From positions 32,001 to 96,000 of the forward strand of contig JANRKO010000074.1 of NCBI GenBank assembly GCA_033763455.1: DNA of 64,000 bases, in the 5' to 3' direction. Below are positions 38,441 through 48,518 of this stretch, piece by piece (position 1 is the stretch's first letter; every line of letters begins with the position of its first letter). Both the position numbers and the translations under genes were made by a program. The notes under the pieces were generated by a model that had not been told where the DNA came from, ran no database searches, and saw only the letters and a program-made list of their open reading frames with translations. The stretch comes from Polyangiaceae bacterium (lineage in GTDB: Bacteria > Myxococcota_A > Polyangia > Polyangiales > Polyangiaceae).

Positions 38441-39790
38441 ATGAACTGGGGAAACGCGGATTTGCTCGTCGAGATGCTTGACCGTCAGTTGAGCTTCTTG
38501 CTCACGCAGCAGGACGAACGCCGAGTTCTTCTACTGTCACGGTGGTTGACCTTCGTCAGTCGGGAACCACAGCTCCACGGCTTAGCAGCAGAGATGATCA
38601 CCGAGGTCAGCAAATCACTCGATGATCTCAGCAAGGAAGACCATCGCGTCCGAGAGCAAATCGAGAGGATCTGGCTGCAGCATGGCGATACGATTCGACG
38701 TCGCCTCGCAAGCGATATGGCGAACGGCAAGGTGCACGCGTATTGCCATCTAGGCGAATTCGGGAAGAAGTTGGCAAATCGTCCCTTGGTCAAGATCCCT
38801 CCCCAGACGGTGTTTCAGGAGTCTCGCCGTGAAGTTGACAACCTCGTTCTAGCGTTGAAGCACTGGTGCCAGTGGGGGGCGGGAGCCGGTGCGGATGGAA
38901 ACCTCGAAGAAGGTGACCTCACGTCAGTGCTCAAGCAGGCAAGTGAACTAGAGCGTAGCCGGGCCCATTGGTGGCGACTGTTCAGGACCCTCCTTGAGTC
39001 ATCACCTGGAGCGGCGATCATTCGGTTGGGAATGCTGAGCCGCAGCACCAATCCGGTTCCGCCGCAGGCGTTTGAGTCACAGGCCCAGAACCAACAATCG
39101 CGGGAAACTCAAGCGGCCTTGTTCGAGAAGCAGAATGAATTTGCGGAGAAAGTACATAGCTTTAAAGCCTTGGAGCTGCGAATGCTCGAAGGCGACGAAG
39201 TATCAGGCGCTGCTGCGGACATCCAGTTGGACGCAACGCTGGTAACTCACGAGTTACAACTGCGACTTCTTGCTGGTCGTTCACGCCTTGCGCTCGTTCG
39301 CCGGTATGCCGCGCGATGTGAAGGCTTTGACGCAATGCTGCTTCGCGCGAAGATTGCGGACAAGCCTAAAGGGGTTGAGAGCCAACTGACCCTGGACTTT
39401 GCTCGATACCTGTTTGAGCAAGGCTTCACGCCCTTGATGGATCCAACGATTGGTGGCCTACGGCCAGACATTTTCGACACAACACGCGGCGGATTGCTGT
39501 ACGTCGAAGCAAAACAGTACTCTAAGCCTGGTGCACGGAGGCAGATCGTCAACGCGTATCGTCAAGTGTGGAGCACTTGGGGTCGATTGGAGAACGTTCA
39601 CAGAGCGCCCGAGGCATTTCTACTGGTGTTTCGGGTCGGCGGACCCCGTGCGGAACTGCCCCCAATCCTGCGTCATGGCGGGCGCTGCCTTTACTCGGTC
39701 TTGGTGGACATCTCGCCGGAAGCAGGCAGCCGGGAAAAGCACCAGCCAATTTCGTTCCAGGAATCAGCATTGCTCCCAAGCAATGATTGA
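38441..39790 (+). CDS. Hypothetical protein with C-terminal PD-(D/E)XK-like nuclease motif
   Basis: 449 aa; helical N-terminus; E..L...F.RYL..QG...RPDIF......LYVEAKQY. Confidence 0.7.
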   Translation: MNWGNADLLVEMLDRQLSFLLTQQDERRVLLLSRWLTFVSREPQLHGLAAEMITEVSKSLDDLSKEDHRVREQIERIWLQHGDTIRRRLASDMANGKVHAYCHLGEFGKKLANRPLVKIPPQTVFQESRREVDNLVLALKHWCQWGAGAGADGNLEEGDLTSVLKQASELERSRAHWWRLFRTLLESSPGAAIIRLGMLSRSTNPVPPQAFESQAQNQQSRETQAALFEKQNEFAEKVHSFKALELRMLEGDEVSGAAADIQLDATLVTHELQLRLLAGRSRLALVRRYAARCEGFDAMLLRAKIADKPKGVESQLTLDFARYLFEQGFTPLMDPTIGGLRPDIFDTTRGGLLYVEAKQYSKPGARRQIVNAYRQVWSTWGRLENVHRAPEAFLLVFRVGGPRAELPPILRHGGRCLYSVLVDISPEAGSREKHQPISFQESALLPSND

Positions 39791-39804
39791 AAGGGATCCA
39801 CGTC

Positions 39805-39996
39805 ATGATTCGAAACTATCAGCGGCTAGCCGAGTACCTTCGAAGACACCGCGCGCTCTGCTCGGGCCCCGAAGCCAAGTACCAACAAGTGCTAGAGTTT
39901 GACGATAGAGAAAGTCGAATCCTCTTGGGCAAGCACCCGCGCGCGAGAGAGACGCTGCCACGTCTTGTCGGACTTCGGCTTCCGGAGCCCTCATGA
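39805..39996 (+). CDS. Small hypothetical ORF or gene remnant
   Basis: 63 aa; ATGA overlap with next gene; fills the gap between two large ORFs. Confidence 0.35.
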   Translation: MIRNYQRLAEYLRRHRALCSGPEAKYQQVLEFDDRESRILLGKHPRARETLPRLVGLRLPEPS

Positions 39997-41816
39997 CGGC
40001 CCTCCGCTTCGACATCACCGCGTTCTTGCGCATGACCGAGGGCCAGCACTTCGAGCGGAAATCTCTGTTTAAGGGCGAACCCGACAAGAAGAAACCGCGT
40101 GATCGCAAAGACGTGCGCGACCAAATTGCCGAGTGTGTCGCTGCGTTCGCAAATGCCGAAGGCGGGGTTGCGATCTTCGGCATCGAAGATGATGCAAGCG
40201 TTACCGGTCACAAGTATCCGACGGACGCGGTTGACGAGATGTTAAGCGTGCCATCTTCGAGAACCCAACCGCCCCAAGCGAACGGATTTCGGATCGAGCA
40301 CGAGGGGAAAGAATTGCTGGTGTTTGAGGTGGCCGTTGCGGATTCCCCCGTCATGGTCACCGGCAATGGTTATCCCCTCCGAGTCGGCGATAAGACCGTC
40401 AAGATGGAGGAGCCGAAGATCCGAGCGTTGAAACTCGAAGGGCTCGCCGAGAGCTGGGTGAATCGCCCGTCACGAATGACCATTGCCGACCTCAATCAGG
40501 CCCGGCTAGGCCAAGCCAAAGGTGGCGCGGGCTACCCTGACATCACTGACGAGGAATATCTCCTCAGGCGCAAGCTTGCGGATCGGAAAGGTGCCGGCTT
40601 GGTGTTGCGGCGTGCTGCCGAGCTTCTGTTTGCAAACGAGCCCGATCATCCAAACGCAGGGATCCGTATTTTCCGTATTCTCGGCACTGAGCGGCGTGTT
40701 GGAACCAACTACAACGTCGAGGAAAGGCCGCGCATTGAGGGTCCTCTGCCGGTGGTGCTCGATGGTGCGTTCACAGAGATTGCTGGTTTGCTCAGGAAGC
40801 CCTCACGGTTACGGGGAACGCGCTTCAAGGAAACGCCCGAGTATCCCGAGTTTGCCTGGCGCGAGGCGATTCTGAATGCTGTTGCTCATCGTGACTACGG
40901 CAACCAAGGCCGCAGTATCGAAGTGTCGCTGTTTGATGATCATCTGGAGGTCTCGAGCCCAGGAGCTCTCCTGCCCGAGATCCACATGGACACCTTGCGA
41001 GCACGACAGCGTGTCCACCAGAGCCGCAATCCGCGACTGGTGCGTGCCCTCGTCGATCTTGGGTTCATGCGCGATCAGGGCGAAGGGATCCCTCGACTTT
41101 TTGCGGAGATGGAAGGTTTGTTTCTGCCCGCCCCTGACCTCGAGTCAGCTGCAAGCTTGTTCCGAGTGACACTCCTCAATACGCCAACGTTGACAACTGC
41201 GGATGGGGAGTTCATTGGGGCACTCGGATCGGAGGAGCTCACCGATCTCGAATTCCGCGCATTGCTCGAAGCCTCGCGTCACAGTCGGGTGGACAACGCC
41301 CGTATGCGGGAGATCGCCGGGCTCGACACTCTCGGCGCGAGCAAGCTGCTCCGAGGTCTAAGAGACAGGAAGTTACTTGTTCTTCAAGCAGCCGGTTCAA
41401 GTACCTATTACGAGCTATCCGAGGGTTTACGAACTTCTGGAGGCCTTGTGCCAAATGGGGGGGGGCTCGACGCTGAATGGGGGGGGGTTCGGGAGCAAAT
41501 GGGGGGGAGCTCGGGAGCAAATGGGGGGGGGTTGTCTCCCGAGCAGCGCCGTCTGGTGGAGGGGCTGGGCAAGAAACCGCGCGCCGAGAAACTGCGCCCC
41601 GTAATCGAGTCCCTGCTTAGCGAAAGGTGGTGGGCATCGCGTGAACTCGCGGCTGTTCTAAATCGGGACGTCGGATCACTCGTTGAGGATCACCTGAGTC
41701 CGATGGTTCATGAGGGACGCTTGGAACGATCGCATACGGACCCAAGTCATCCTGCGCTGACCTATCGGACTGTGATTGGGCCGTTGTTTTCTAAGCAAAA
41801 GAAGGGTGTGCCATGA
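39993..41816 (+). CDS. AlbA_2 (Schlafen-like) + HATPase_c_4 + HTH protein
   Basis: EGQHFERKS, AFANAEGG..IFGIEDD, REAILNAVAHRDY, EVSSPG, SRNP.L, G.GI; C-terminal winged-helix-like region. Confidence 0.9.
   Translation: MTALRFDITAFLRMTEGQHFERKSLFKGEPDKKKPRDRKDVRDQIAECVAAFANAEGGVAIFGIEDDASVTGHKYPTDAVDEMLSVPSSRTQPPQANGFRIEHEGKELLVFEVAVADSPVMVTGNGYPLRVGDKTVKMEEPKIRALKLEGLAESWVNRPSRMTIADLNQARLGQAKGGAGYPDITDEEYLLRRKLADRKGAGLVLRRAAELLFANEPDHPNAGIRIFRILGTERRVGTNYNVEERPRIEGPLPVVLDGAFTEIAGLLRKPSRLRGTRFKETPEYPEFAWREAILNAVAHRDYGNQGRSIEVSLFDDHLEVSSPGALLPEIHMDTLRARQRVHQSRNPRLVRALVDLGFMRDQGEGIPRLFAEMEGLFLPAPDLESAASLFRVTLLNTPTLTTADGEFIGALGSEELTDLEFRALLEASRHSRVDNARMREIAGLDTLGASKLLRGLRDRKLLVLQAAGSSTYYELSEGLRTSGGLVPNGGGLDAEWGGVREQMGGSSGANGGGLSPEQRRLVEGLGKKPRAEKLRPVIESLLSERWWASRELAAVLNRDVGSLVEDHLSPMVHEGRLERSHTDPSHPALTYRTVIGPLFSKQKKGVP
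41454..41531 (+). repeat. Intragenic 22-bp repeats with poly-G tracts (G9, G9, G7, G9)
   Basis: AAT-G(n) units start at 41454, 41476, 41498, 41520. Confidence 0.85.
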
Positions 41817-42470
41817 GCCCCCTGTGCTGCAAGGGAGCACGTATGGGTACGTCAGCGTACCCGTTCGCATCCAGGAATGCTTGCATCATCGTTGATGAGC
41901 TGCGATGAACACGCTGGGCCCGCCAGGATCTCGTGTACGTCGGGGCGAGCGTTATGCGGGCGAAGAGGCATCCTGACGCGTCGCTTTCCCCCAACCTCAA
42001 AAGCAAGGTCAGTCATTCCCGTGCCTGAATCTGCCTTGGCCACCCCGAGCAGTCGCCACTCCTTCTGCTGAGCGAAAGCCGCCGGCTTGTGAACCGCGGA
42101 AGCAACCCCAGACGCTCTCAACGGGGCACCAGCAAGGAGGGCTTCAGTGCGGCGCCCTGAAGCCATGGGTCTCCCTCGCGAGCGTTCGCAGCCGTGCATG
42201 TGTGGCGTCCAGCCGGCTTCTCAAAGCCGTGGTGTCGTACTCTACTTCAAACAGGCCGTAGCCGAACTGCGGTATAACAAGTTCTTCGGAAAGAGTTCTG
42301 AAACCGATGGCGAAGGAGTCTTGCCCGAAATCCAGCCAGTGCTGGTCGCCATCACGCTCGGGGGTGAAGCATCCGATGAAGACGTCGAACGCGCTGGCAA
42401 GCTTGCCCCGTTCGAGCTTTCGCGCTGCACGCTCACCCGCCGCGACCCACAGCGCAGATCCACCTTCTAC
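41810..42470 (-). pseudogene. Frameshifted DUF2971-like gene
   Basis: Motifs split over three frames: FIGCFT..RD...HW..FG...FAIGF..FEVEYD / HK..AF.QQKEWRL...EILAGP / FLDANGY.DVPI. Confidence 0.6.
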
Positions 42471-42529
42471 CGTAGGCTCCCACGTGGTCGGCGCGGAGTT
42501 CGTACCCGAGGTACCGACCTCGCCCGAAA

Positions 42530-42591
42530 ACAAAAATGTAGAACGCCACACGAAAATGTCTTTTGACCGGCGATCGCCCGTCTGACACATT
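42530..42591 (+). promoter_or_regulatory. Promoter with tandem direct repeats abutting -35 (AraC-type geometry)
   Basis: ACAAAAATGT-N10-ACGAAAATGT-N3-TTGACC-N17-CACATT. Confidence 0.55.
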
Positions 42592-42699
42592 GGTTACAGG
42601 CAGAGCGCATCGCTCGGGTACCCCCTCCGTACCGCGAAGGCTGCTGTTCGCCTCGGTCAGGATCGTGTTGCGCCGCGAGAGCGGTAAGGGTGCGTTTTC

Positions 42700-44487
42700 A
42701 TGTCAGCTTTCGCCAAGCGTACGGGTCTCCTATTTCCTCTGCTCCTCGCAGGGTGCACGTCAAGCCTCGACACTAACGGTGGGCGTCGTCCTGGTGGTGG
42801 GCAGGTCGCGCCGGGCGCTACTACCGAGACGCCAGGTAGCCCCGGCACCCCTAGCGCGAGCCCTCTCACTCCACCAGGCGGGATGACGTCGGCGGTCGTA
42901 ACCCCGCCCGTAGTGATTGGCCCGCCACCCGTGGTACCCATGACCTGCACGGCTCCGTTCGATCCGGGATTCACGCCCCTCCGCCGCATGTCGCGCGGTG
43001 AATACGACAATACTGTTCGCGACTTGCTGGGTGACACGACGGCGCCTGCGCGCGCTTTTCCCAATGACGACAGCGTCATCGCGGCCAACCTGACGCTCCC
43101 GCAACTCCTGTTCGAAAAGTACTTCGACGCCGCCAAGACGCTCGCGACGGACGCTTGGGCAAGGCAGGTCGCCGGGACGCAAACGGTGTCGCTCTGGCCT
43201 TGCACGCCGTCTGCTACTGACCTGACCTGCGCTCGGCAGATCGTCTCCAGCTTCGCGACGCGTGCCTTCCGGAGGCCGGTGCCTGAGAGCGACCTCGCTC
43301 CCTATTTCGCCATCCTCTCGAAAGCGGAGACGCTCGGTGATTCGCTTGAGGTTGGCACCAAACAAGCTCTCCGAGCCGTGCTGCTGTCACCGAACTTCAT
43401 CTACCGTCCGGAATTTGACGTACCGGAGACGCCCGATGCGATTCACCAACTGAACCCTTTCGAGATTGCCAGCAGGCTCTCCTACTTCCTGTGGGCCTCG
43501 ATGCCAGACGCCGGTCTGTTCGATCTTGCCACCCAGGGCACGCTGAGCAATCCCGAGGTTCTGCGCGCTCAGGCTAACCGCATGCTCACGGATCCTCGTT
43601 CAGTTGGCTTCGTCGAGAAATTCGGTGCCTATTGGCTCGGCATTTCGGGTATTGAGAACGCCAACCCCGACCCGGCGATCTATCCTACGTGGAGCGAGGA
43701 GCTGCGGGCGTCGATGGCCGCTGAGACGCGCACCTTCCTCGGTGCCTTCGTGCACGAGCCCCACCCGCTTCGGAGCTCTCTGGATGCGAACTTCACCTTC
43801 CTGGATCAGCGGCTATCAGATCACTACGGCATTAGCTTATCCGGTGGTACCGCCGATCCCTCGGGCCTCACGCGTGTACCCCTCCCGCAAGGTGTTCGCA
43901 TGGGGCTTCTGGGTCACGCAAGCCTGCTCACCATGAACTCAAAGGCCACCGAGACAGCGCCTGTGCGTCGCGGCAAGTGGGTCCTTGGCAATTTGCTGTG
44001 CAGCGCGCCGCCGCCACCTCCACCAAATATTGACACGACCGAAGCCCCGCCGATGCCCGGCTCGGGTCCCCAAACGGCACGTGAACGCCTAGCTATTCAT
44101 CGGGCCGATCCGGCCTGCGCGGGCTGCCACGCGGCGATGGATCCGGTTGGGCTCGGCCTTGAGAACTTTGACGGGCTTGGGCGCTACCGAAGCGTGGACT
44201 CCAACAACATCCCCATTGACCCCTCGGGCATGCTTCCTACGGGCGAAGCCTTCACGACTTTCGAAGAGCTTCGCAGCATCTTGAAGTCCGACCCACGCAT
44301 CACCACCTGTGCTGCGAGCTCCGTTCTCACGTACGCGTTGGCCCGGAGCACTACGGAGTCGGACAGTTGCCTCACTACAGACCTTGCGACCAAAGCAGAC
44401 ACCGCCAACAGCAGCCTCAGTGATCTCCTGCTTGGAGTCATTGAGAGTCCCTGGTTTACGTTCCGCCGCGGCGAGAAGCTGCCCTAA
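42700..44487 (+). CDS. DUF1587/1595/1592/1588/1585 lipoprotein with CxxCH motif
   Basis: Lipobox LAGC; RRMS..EYDNTVRDL, RAFRRP, ASRLSYFLW.SMPD, PVRRG, CAGCH..MDP.G..LENFD. Confidence 0.9.
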   Translation: MSAFAKRTGLLFPLLLAGCTSSLDTNGGRRPGGGQVAPGATTETPGSPGTPSASPLTPPGGMTSAVVTPPVVIGPPPVVPMTCTAPFDPGFTPLRRMSRGEYDNTVRDLLGDTTAPARAFPNDDSVIAANLTLPQLLFEKYFDAAKTLATDAWARQVAGTQTVSLWPCTPSATDLTCARQIVSSFATRAFRRPVPESDLAPYFAILSKAETLGDSLEVGTKQALRAVLLSPNFIYRPEFDVPETPDAIHQLNPFEIASRLSYFLWASMPDAGLFDLATQGTLSNPEVLRAQANRMLTDPRSVGFVEKFGAYWLGISGIENANPDPAIYPTWSEELRASMAAETRTFLGAFVHEPHPLRSSLDANFTFLDQRLSDHYGISLSGGTADPSGLTRVPLPQGVRMGLLGHASLLTMNSKATETAPVRRGKWVLGNLLCSAPPPPPPNIDTTEAPPMPGSGPQTARERLAIHRADPACAGCHAAMDPVGLGLENFDGLGRYRSVDSNNIPIDPSGMLPTGEAFTTFEELRSILKSDPRITTCAASSVLTYALARSTTESDSCLTTDLATKADTANSSLSDLLLGVIESPWFTFRRGEKLP

Positions 44488-44523
44488 GCCGTGTCAAAAA
44501 GACACGAGAAGAAGGACGATTTC

Positions 44524-45912
44524 ATGAGAAAATCCTGGAAAATCAACAGACGCTGGTTGTTTGCGGGCGCGGGCAGCGCGTTGGCTCTTCCGCTGCTGGA
44601 GCAAATGAATTTTGCAAGGGCACAGGCTAACGGCGCGCGACGCTACCTGGGTATTTGCATGCCCAACGGCGTGCCCTCTGAGCAGTGGGTGCCCGCAGCC
44701 ACGGGGGCCAACTACACCCTCACTACCGCCCAGACGTCGCTGGAGGTGGTGAAGTCGGATATTATGGTCGTGAGCGGGCTCAGCAACAAAATCGCGGAGC
44801 AAAATGGTATAGGCAGCCTTCATTATGGCGGCGTGGCGGGCCTACTGACCTGCGCGGTTCCACAGCCCGGCAGCAGCCCAGTTATCGGCATTTCGATCGA
44901 TCAGGTGCTCGCCAACGCGGTGCGTTCAGGGACCCGCATCGCTTCCTTGCAGCTGGGTTTGAAGGAGGGCACCACCGTGGGCAGCGGCGCACAATGTGGC
45001 GCTGGCACGCCGTGCGTGTACGGGCGCGAGCTCTCATGGTCCGGTCCATCCACGCCCGTCTTGAAGGAGATCAGCGCGAAGGCCGCCTTTGATCGCATCT
45101 TCACGGGAGTCTCGCCGACGCCCGCTCCACCACCTGGCCCAGACCCGGCGCCCGCGCCCGCACCAACGGTTGACAAGGAACGCGAATACAACCAGAGCGT
45201 GCTGGACGCCGTGCGCGCTGACGCGCAGTTGCTTCAGGCAAGGCTTGGCGCCTCGGACAAGGAACGGCTGGAGCAATACCTCACTGCCGTACGCGAGCTC
45301 GAGCTTCGCGTCGGCGGCAGCGGGCTGCCCACTGGCGGTGGAGGTGAACCTGGTGGCGGAGGCACGGTACCCATAAGCTCCGGCTGCCAACCGGGCACGG
45401 GGCCCGCCGCGACGCTCACTTACGAAGAGCACGTGGCGGCCATGTACGAGGTGATAGCCCTCGCGTTTCAGTGCGACCTCACACGCGTGGCCACTCTGCT
45501 TCTGGGCGAAGCGGAGTGCGACTATGTTTTTCGGAGCCTGGGCCAGGGCGCGGTGTGGCACGAGGAGGTCTCACACGGCCAGCCCCAGGCGCACAACGAG
45601 ATTATCCGCTGGCATCTGGGTGAGTTCGCGAAATTCGTGATGCGACTGAAGGGCATGGTGGAGCCAGGAGGCACTACTGTGCTCGACCAAAGCGCCGTGT
45701 TCTTTGGAAGCGATGTCAACGATGGCCCTGAGCACACCTTCACGGATATGCCCGTGATCCTTGCGGGGAGGGCGGGTGGCGCCATCAACCCCGGGCGCCA
45801 CGTGCGCTTCAATGGCCAGCCGCTCGCGAACCTGCACCTGACGATGGCCCAAGCCGTGGGTCTGACCCAACAGAGCTTTGCGAACAGCACTGGAACGGTA
45901 AATCTCGCCTAG
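44524..45912 (+). CDS. DUF1552-family protein, Tat-like signal
   Basis: INRRWLF...LPLLE, PNG, SIDQ, D..RLEQYL..VRELE, AFQCDLTRVA, HEEVSH. Confidence 0.9.
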   Translation: MRKSWKINRRWLFAGAGSALALPLLEQMNFARAQANGARRYLGICMPNGVPSEQWVPAATGANYTLTTAQTSLEVVKSDIMVVSGLSNKIAEQNGIGSLHYGGVAGLLTCAVPQPGSSPVIGISIDQVLANAVRSGTRIASLQLGLKEGTTVGSGAQCGAGTPCVYGRELSWSGPSTPVLKEISAKAAFDRIFTGVSPTPAPPPGPDPAPAPAPTVDKEREYNQSVLDAVRADAQLLQARLGASDKERLEQYLTAVRELELRVGGSGLPTGGGGEPGGGGTVPISSGCQPGTGPAATLTYEEHVAAMYEVIALAFQCDLTRVATLLLGEAECDYVFRSLGQGAVWHEEVSHGQPQAHNEIIRWHLGEFAKFVMRLKGMVEPGGTTVLDQSAVFFGSDVNDGPEHTFTDMPVILAGRAGGAINPGRHVRFNGQPLANLHLTMAQAVGLTQQSFANSTGTVNLA

Positions 45913-46148
45913 AGGCGAAGCTGCGTCTTCGCTATGGCGGAGCTTCCGCAGGGATGAACTTGAGCTTGCCAATTCTTCGTGACTGGTGAGAGCGACGCGA
46001 CCTTGGCTCGGTGCCCGCCTCATCGTTCGACGGGCCTCTCTCATCTGGCACACGCCCTGAGCGAATGGAGGTATGCGGCTTCTTTGTCGTGAAGATTCCA
46101 CTACCTAAACCGCGCGCATCTGCGACAATGGCCGGGTTGGACACCTGA

Positions 46149-47033
46149 ATGCTGGCACTCACCGATGCCTATACGCCCTGGATTCATCTCGCGGCCGCGC
46201 ATCCTCGCGGCCCGTGGGCAATCGTAGACCGAGTGCTGGCGCACTATCTCCTCGTTGTCGCCTATGATGGTGAGGAGGAGCTGATAGTCGAAGGGAACTC
46301 CTATCGAATTCCTGAGGGGGGCTCCTACCTAGTCCAACCCGGCGTGCTTGCAGAATACATCGGCTCCAAGAGCGGCAATCGGCCGGCATACGCGCACTTC
46401 GACCTCATCTTCAACCCGCACAGAGACGAACATGGCAATACTCTGGGCTCTTCACCGACGTTAGCGGGGCGTGAACACTTGCTTCAGCCGAAGGCCAAGG
46501 AAGTTTGGGGCGTCGATCTGCCTTTGATTGTTCCGAACACGCTGCGCCCAATGATGTTCAAGGCCCTGGACCCTATTGTTCGGCGCTGGGAAACTGGGCA
46601 ACCCCACGAACAGCTCATTGCTAATCAAGAACTCATTGCACTGATGCACTCTTGGGTATCGTACGAAGCCTCAAAAGCCGGAGCGCCAGAATGGCTTGAC
46701 CCCGACGCGCGTATCCGTCGAGCTGAGGCGCAGGCGCGGGCCAGACTTTCGCACGGCTTCGGAGTAGACGACTTCGCGAAGGCCGCACAGATGCCACGCG
46801 TCAGGTTCTCCCGTCTCTATCAGCAGCGCCGTGGTGTCACACCCGGGAAGGCGCTGATGGAAATGCGTCTTTCAGAGGCCATGCGCTTGCTTTCTCACAC
46901 CAAGCTTTCGGTGCAAGAGATTGGAATCGAGGTTGGGTACTCCAACGCAACCGTGCTCGGTCGCCTGTTTCGCGAACGCCACGGAGTTTCACCGACCGAA
47001 TGGCGGGCACGCTTCGCGAGCAGAGCAGGTTAA
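46149..47033 (+). CDS. AraC-family transcriptional regulator
   Basis: N-terminal cupin-like domain; C-terminal FSR.Y....GVTP...R...A..LL....SVQEI..EVGY......R.F....GVSP.EWR. Confidence 0.9.
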   Translation: MLALTDAYTPWIHLAAAHPRGPWAIVDRVLAHYLLVVAYDGEEELIVEGNSYRIPEGGSYLVQPGVLAEYIGSKSGNRPAYAHFDLIFNPHRDEHGNTLGSSPTLAGREHLLQPKAKEVWGVDLPLIVPNTLRPMMFKALDPIVRRWETGQPHEQLIANQELIALMHSWVSYEASKAGAPEWLDPDARIRRAEAQARARLSHGFGVDDFAKAAQMPRVRFSRLYQQRRGVTPGKALMEMRLSEAMRLLSHTKLSVQEIGIEVGYSNATVLGRLFRERHGVSPTEWRARFASRAG

Positions 47034-47096
47034 TCGGCGGCCTAGCTCCCCGGTCGCGCACCCTAGCAGCTCTAGCTTTGCTCGGGCCCGAATGTT

Positions 47097-48503
47097 TCAA
47101 ACGAGCACGCCTGCAAGTGGACCGGTACCAAATTGCGGATCACCGAAGGTGTCCGTATTGACACCGACGGCGTTCATCATGGCAACGTGTAGCTTTGTGT
47201 GAGACTGATTAGTGACGGCCAGGTGTTGGCCCGTTCGAACCTTCCCGCCTGCGCTGCCAAACAGGAAGGCGCGAATGTCCTCGTACGTGTGGTCCGAAGA
47301 GAAGGCGACTTCCGAACACCAGAATACAAGCGAATTATCCAGCAAAGTGGCCCCTCCTTCGTTCACGGCGTCCATGCGCCCGAGTAGGTACGCGGTCTGT
47401 TCTGAATACCAGCGGTTGATAATGCTCATCTGAGCGTCGGAGCGCGCTTCGCCAGCTTCGTGCGAGATGCTGTGGTGCGTGCGAGTGAGCGCACCGCAGG
47501 CAGCGCAACCGGAGGTATCGATCCATTCAAGCCGCTCCGCGGAACGCGCATAGGAGTACTGCAGTGAGGCAACCCGGGTGATCCCACACGCCAGCGCAAA
47601 CACCAGAAGATCCGCTTGCTGCCGACCCACAATCGGAAAGTTTTCGTGCATGAGGTGGCTAGCCACTGGCATGAAGTTTCCTGCTTGGTCACAAGCAACC
47701 GGCCCAGCGGAGCCGGTAGCCAAGCCTTGCTCAAGTTGGCGCAGGAGCGTGAGGTGCTGATCCAAGCGCTCTCGGTCCGCCATGGCCACCGTAGCATTCA
47801 TTGTCTCGTATTCTTTGACAACGAAGTCGATGACACTACGCCGCTTCATCAGATTCTCTGCTACCATGGCCGGATCGCCACCACCTGACCCAGGAGTGGC
47901 ACCCGCAAAGAGCCGCGTATAGGCCGCCATCGGGCTGTCCTCAGGCGACACCGGCTGCACCGGACCCGTGTAGATCATCCGCGAAAACGGATGATTGCCG
48001 TAGCGAACGCTCGTTTGCACACCAAATTCGAGGGATTTGTAGCGGCTATTGCCTCCAATGGCGTTGGCGATGGCTTGGTCTACGGAGATGCCATTGGCGA
48101 ACCCCACGGGATAATCAGTGTTGCCATCTGCCTGCATGAGCGTTGGATCAACAGAATAGGTGCGGCCCGTGAGCATATGCCCCATCCCAACGGCGTGTTG
48201 ATCACCCACGTCGCCGGCCGACGCGCTCGCCATGTCCACTCCCGTGATCGCAAGAAGCTTGCTCTTGAAGGGCAACACCGGCGCTGATTCGATTCCCAAC
48301 GTGAAGTTGGTGCCAGCGCCTTGGGGATGGAATTCATTCAAACTGTTGCTGCCATTCGGCGTGAAGGCAATCACAAAGCGGGGCAACACTGCTTGGGCAT
48401 GTGCCCGCTTAGGGAAGGATTCGAGGAATGGCAACCCAACGGTAATGCCTCCGGCCGCTCTCAGAAACGCTCGTCGTGTCGCAGTTCGGGATGGCTTATT
48501 CAT
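47097..48503 (-). CDS. DUF1552-family protein, Tat signal
   Basis: TRRAFL, LPFLES, PNG, SVDQ, DRERLDQHL, ALACGITRVA, HHSISH. Confidence 0.9.
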   Translation of the reverse strand: MNKPSRTATRRAFLRAAGGITVGLPFLESFPKRAHAQAVLPRFVIAFTPNGSNSLNEFHPQGAGTNFTLGIESAPVLPFKSKLLAITGVDMASASAGDVGDQHAVGMGHMLTGRTYSVDPTLMQADGNTDYPVGFANGISVDQAIANAIGGNSRYKSLEFGVQTSVRYGNHPFSRMIYTGPVQPVSPEDSPMAAYTRLFAGATPGSGGGDPAMVAENLMKRRSVIDFVVKEYETMNATVAMADRERLDQHLTLLRQLEQGLATGSAGPVACDQAGNFMPVASHLMHENFPIVGRQQADLLVFALACGITRVASLQYSYARSAERLEWIDTSGCAACGALTRTHHSISHEAGEARSDAQMSIINRWYSEQTAYLLGRMDAVNEGGATLLDNSLVFWCSEVAFSSDHTYEDIRAFLFGSAGGKVRTGQHLAVTNQSHTKLHVAMMNAVGVNTDTFGDPQFGTGPLAGVLV

Positions 48504-48518
48504 GAACATCTCCCGCGC

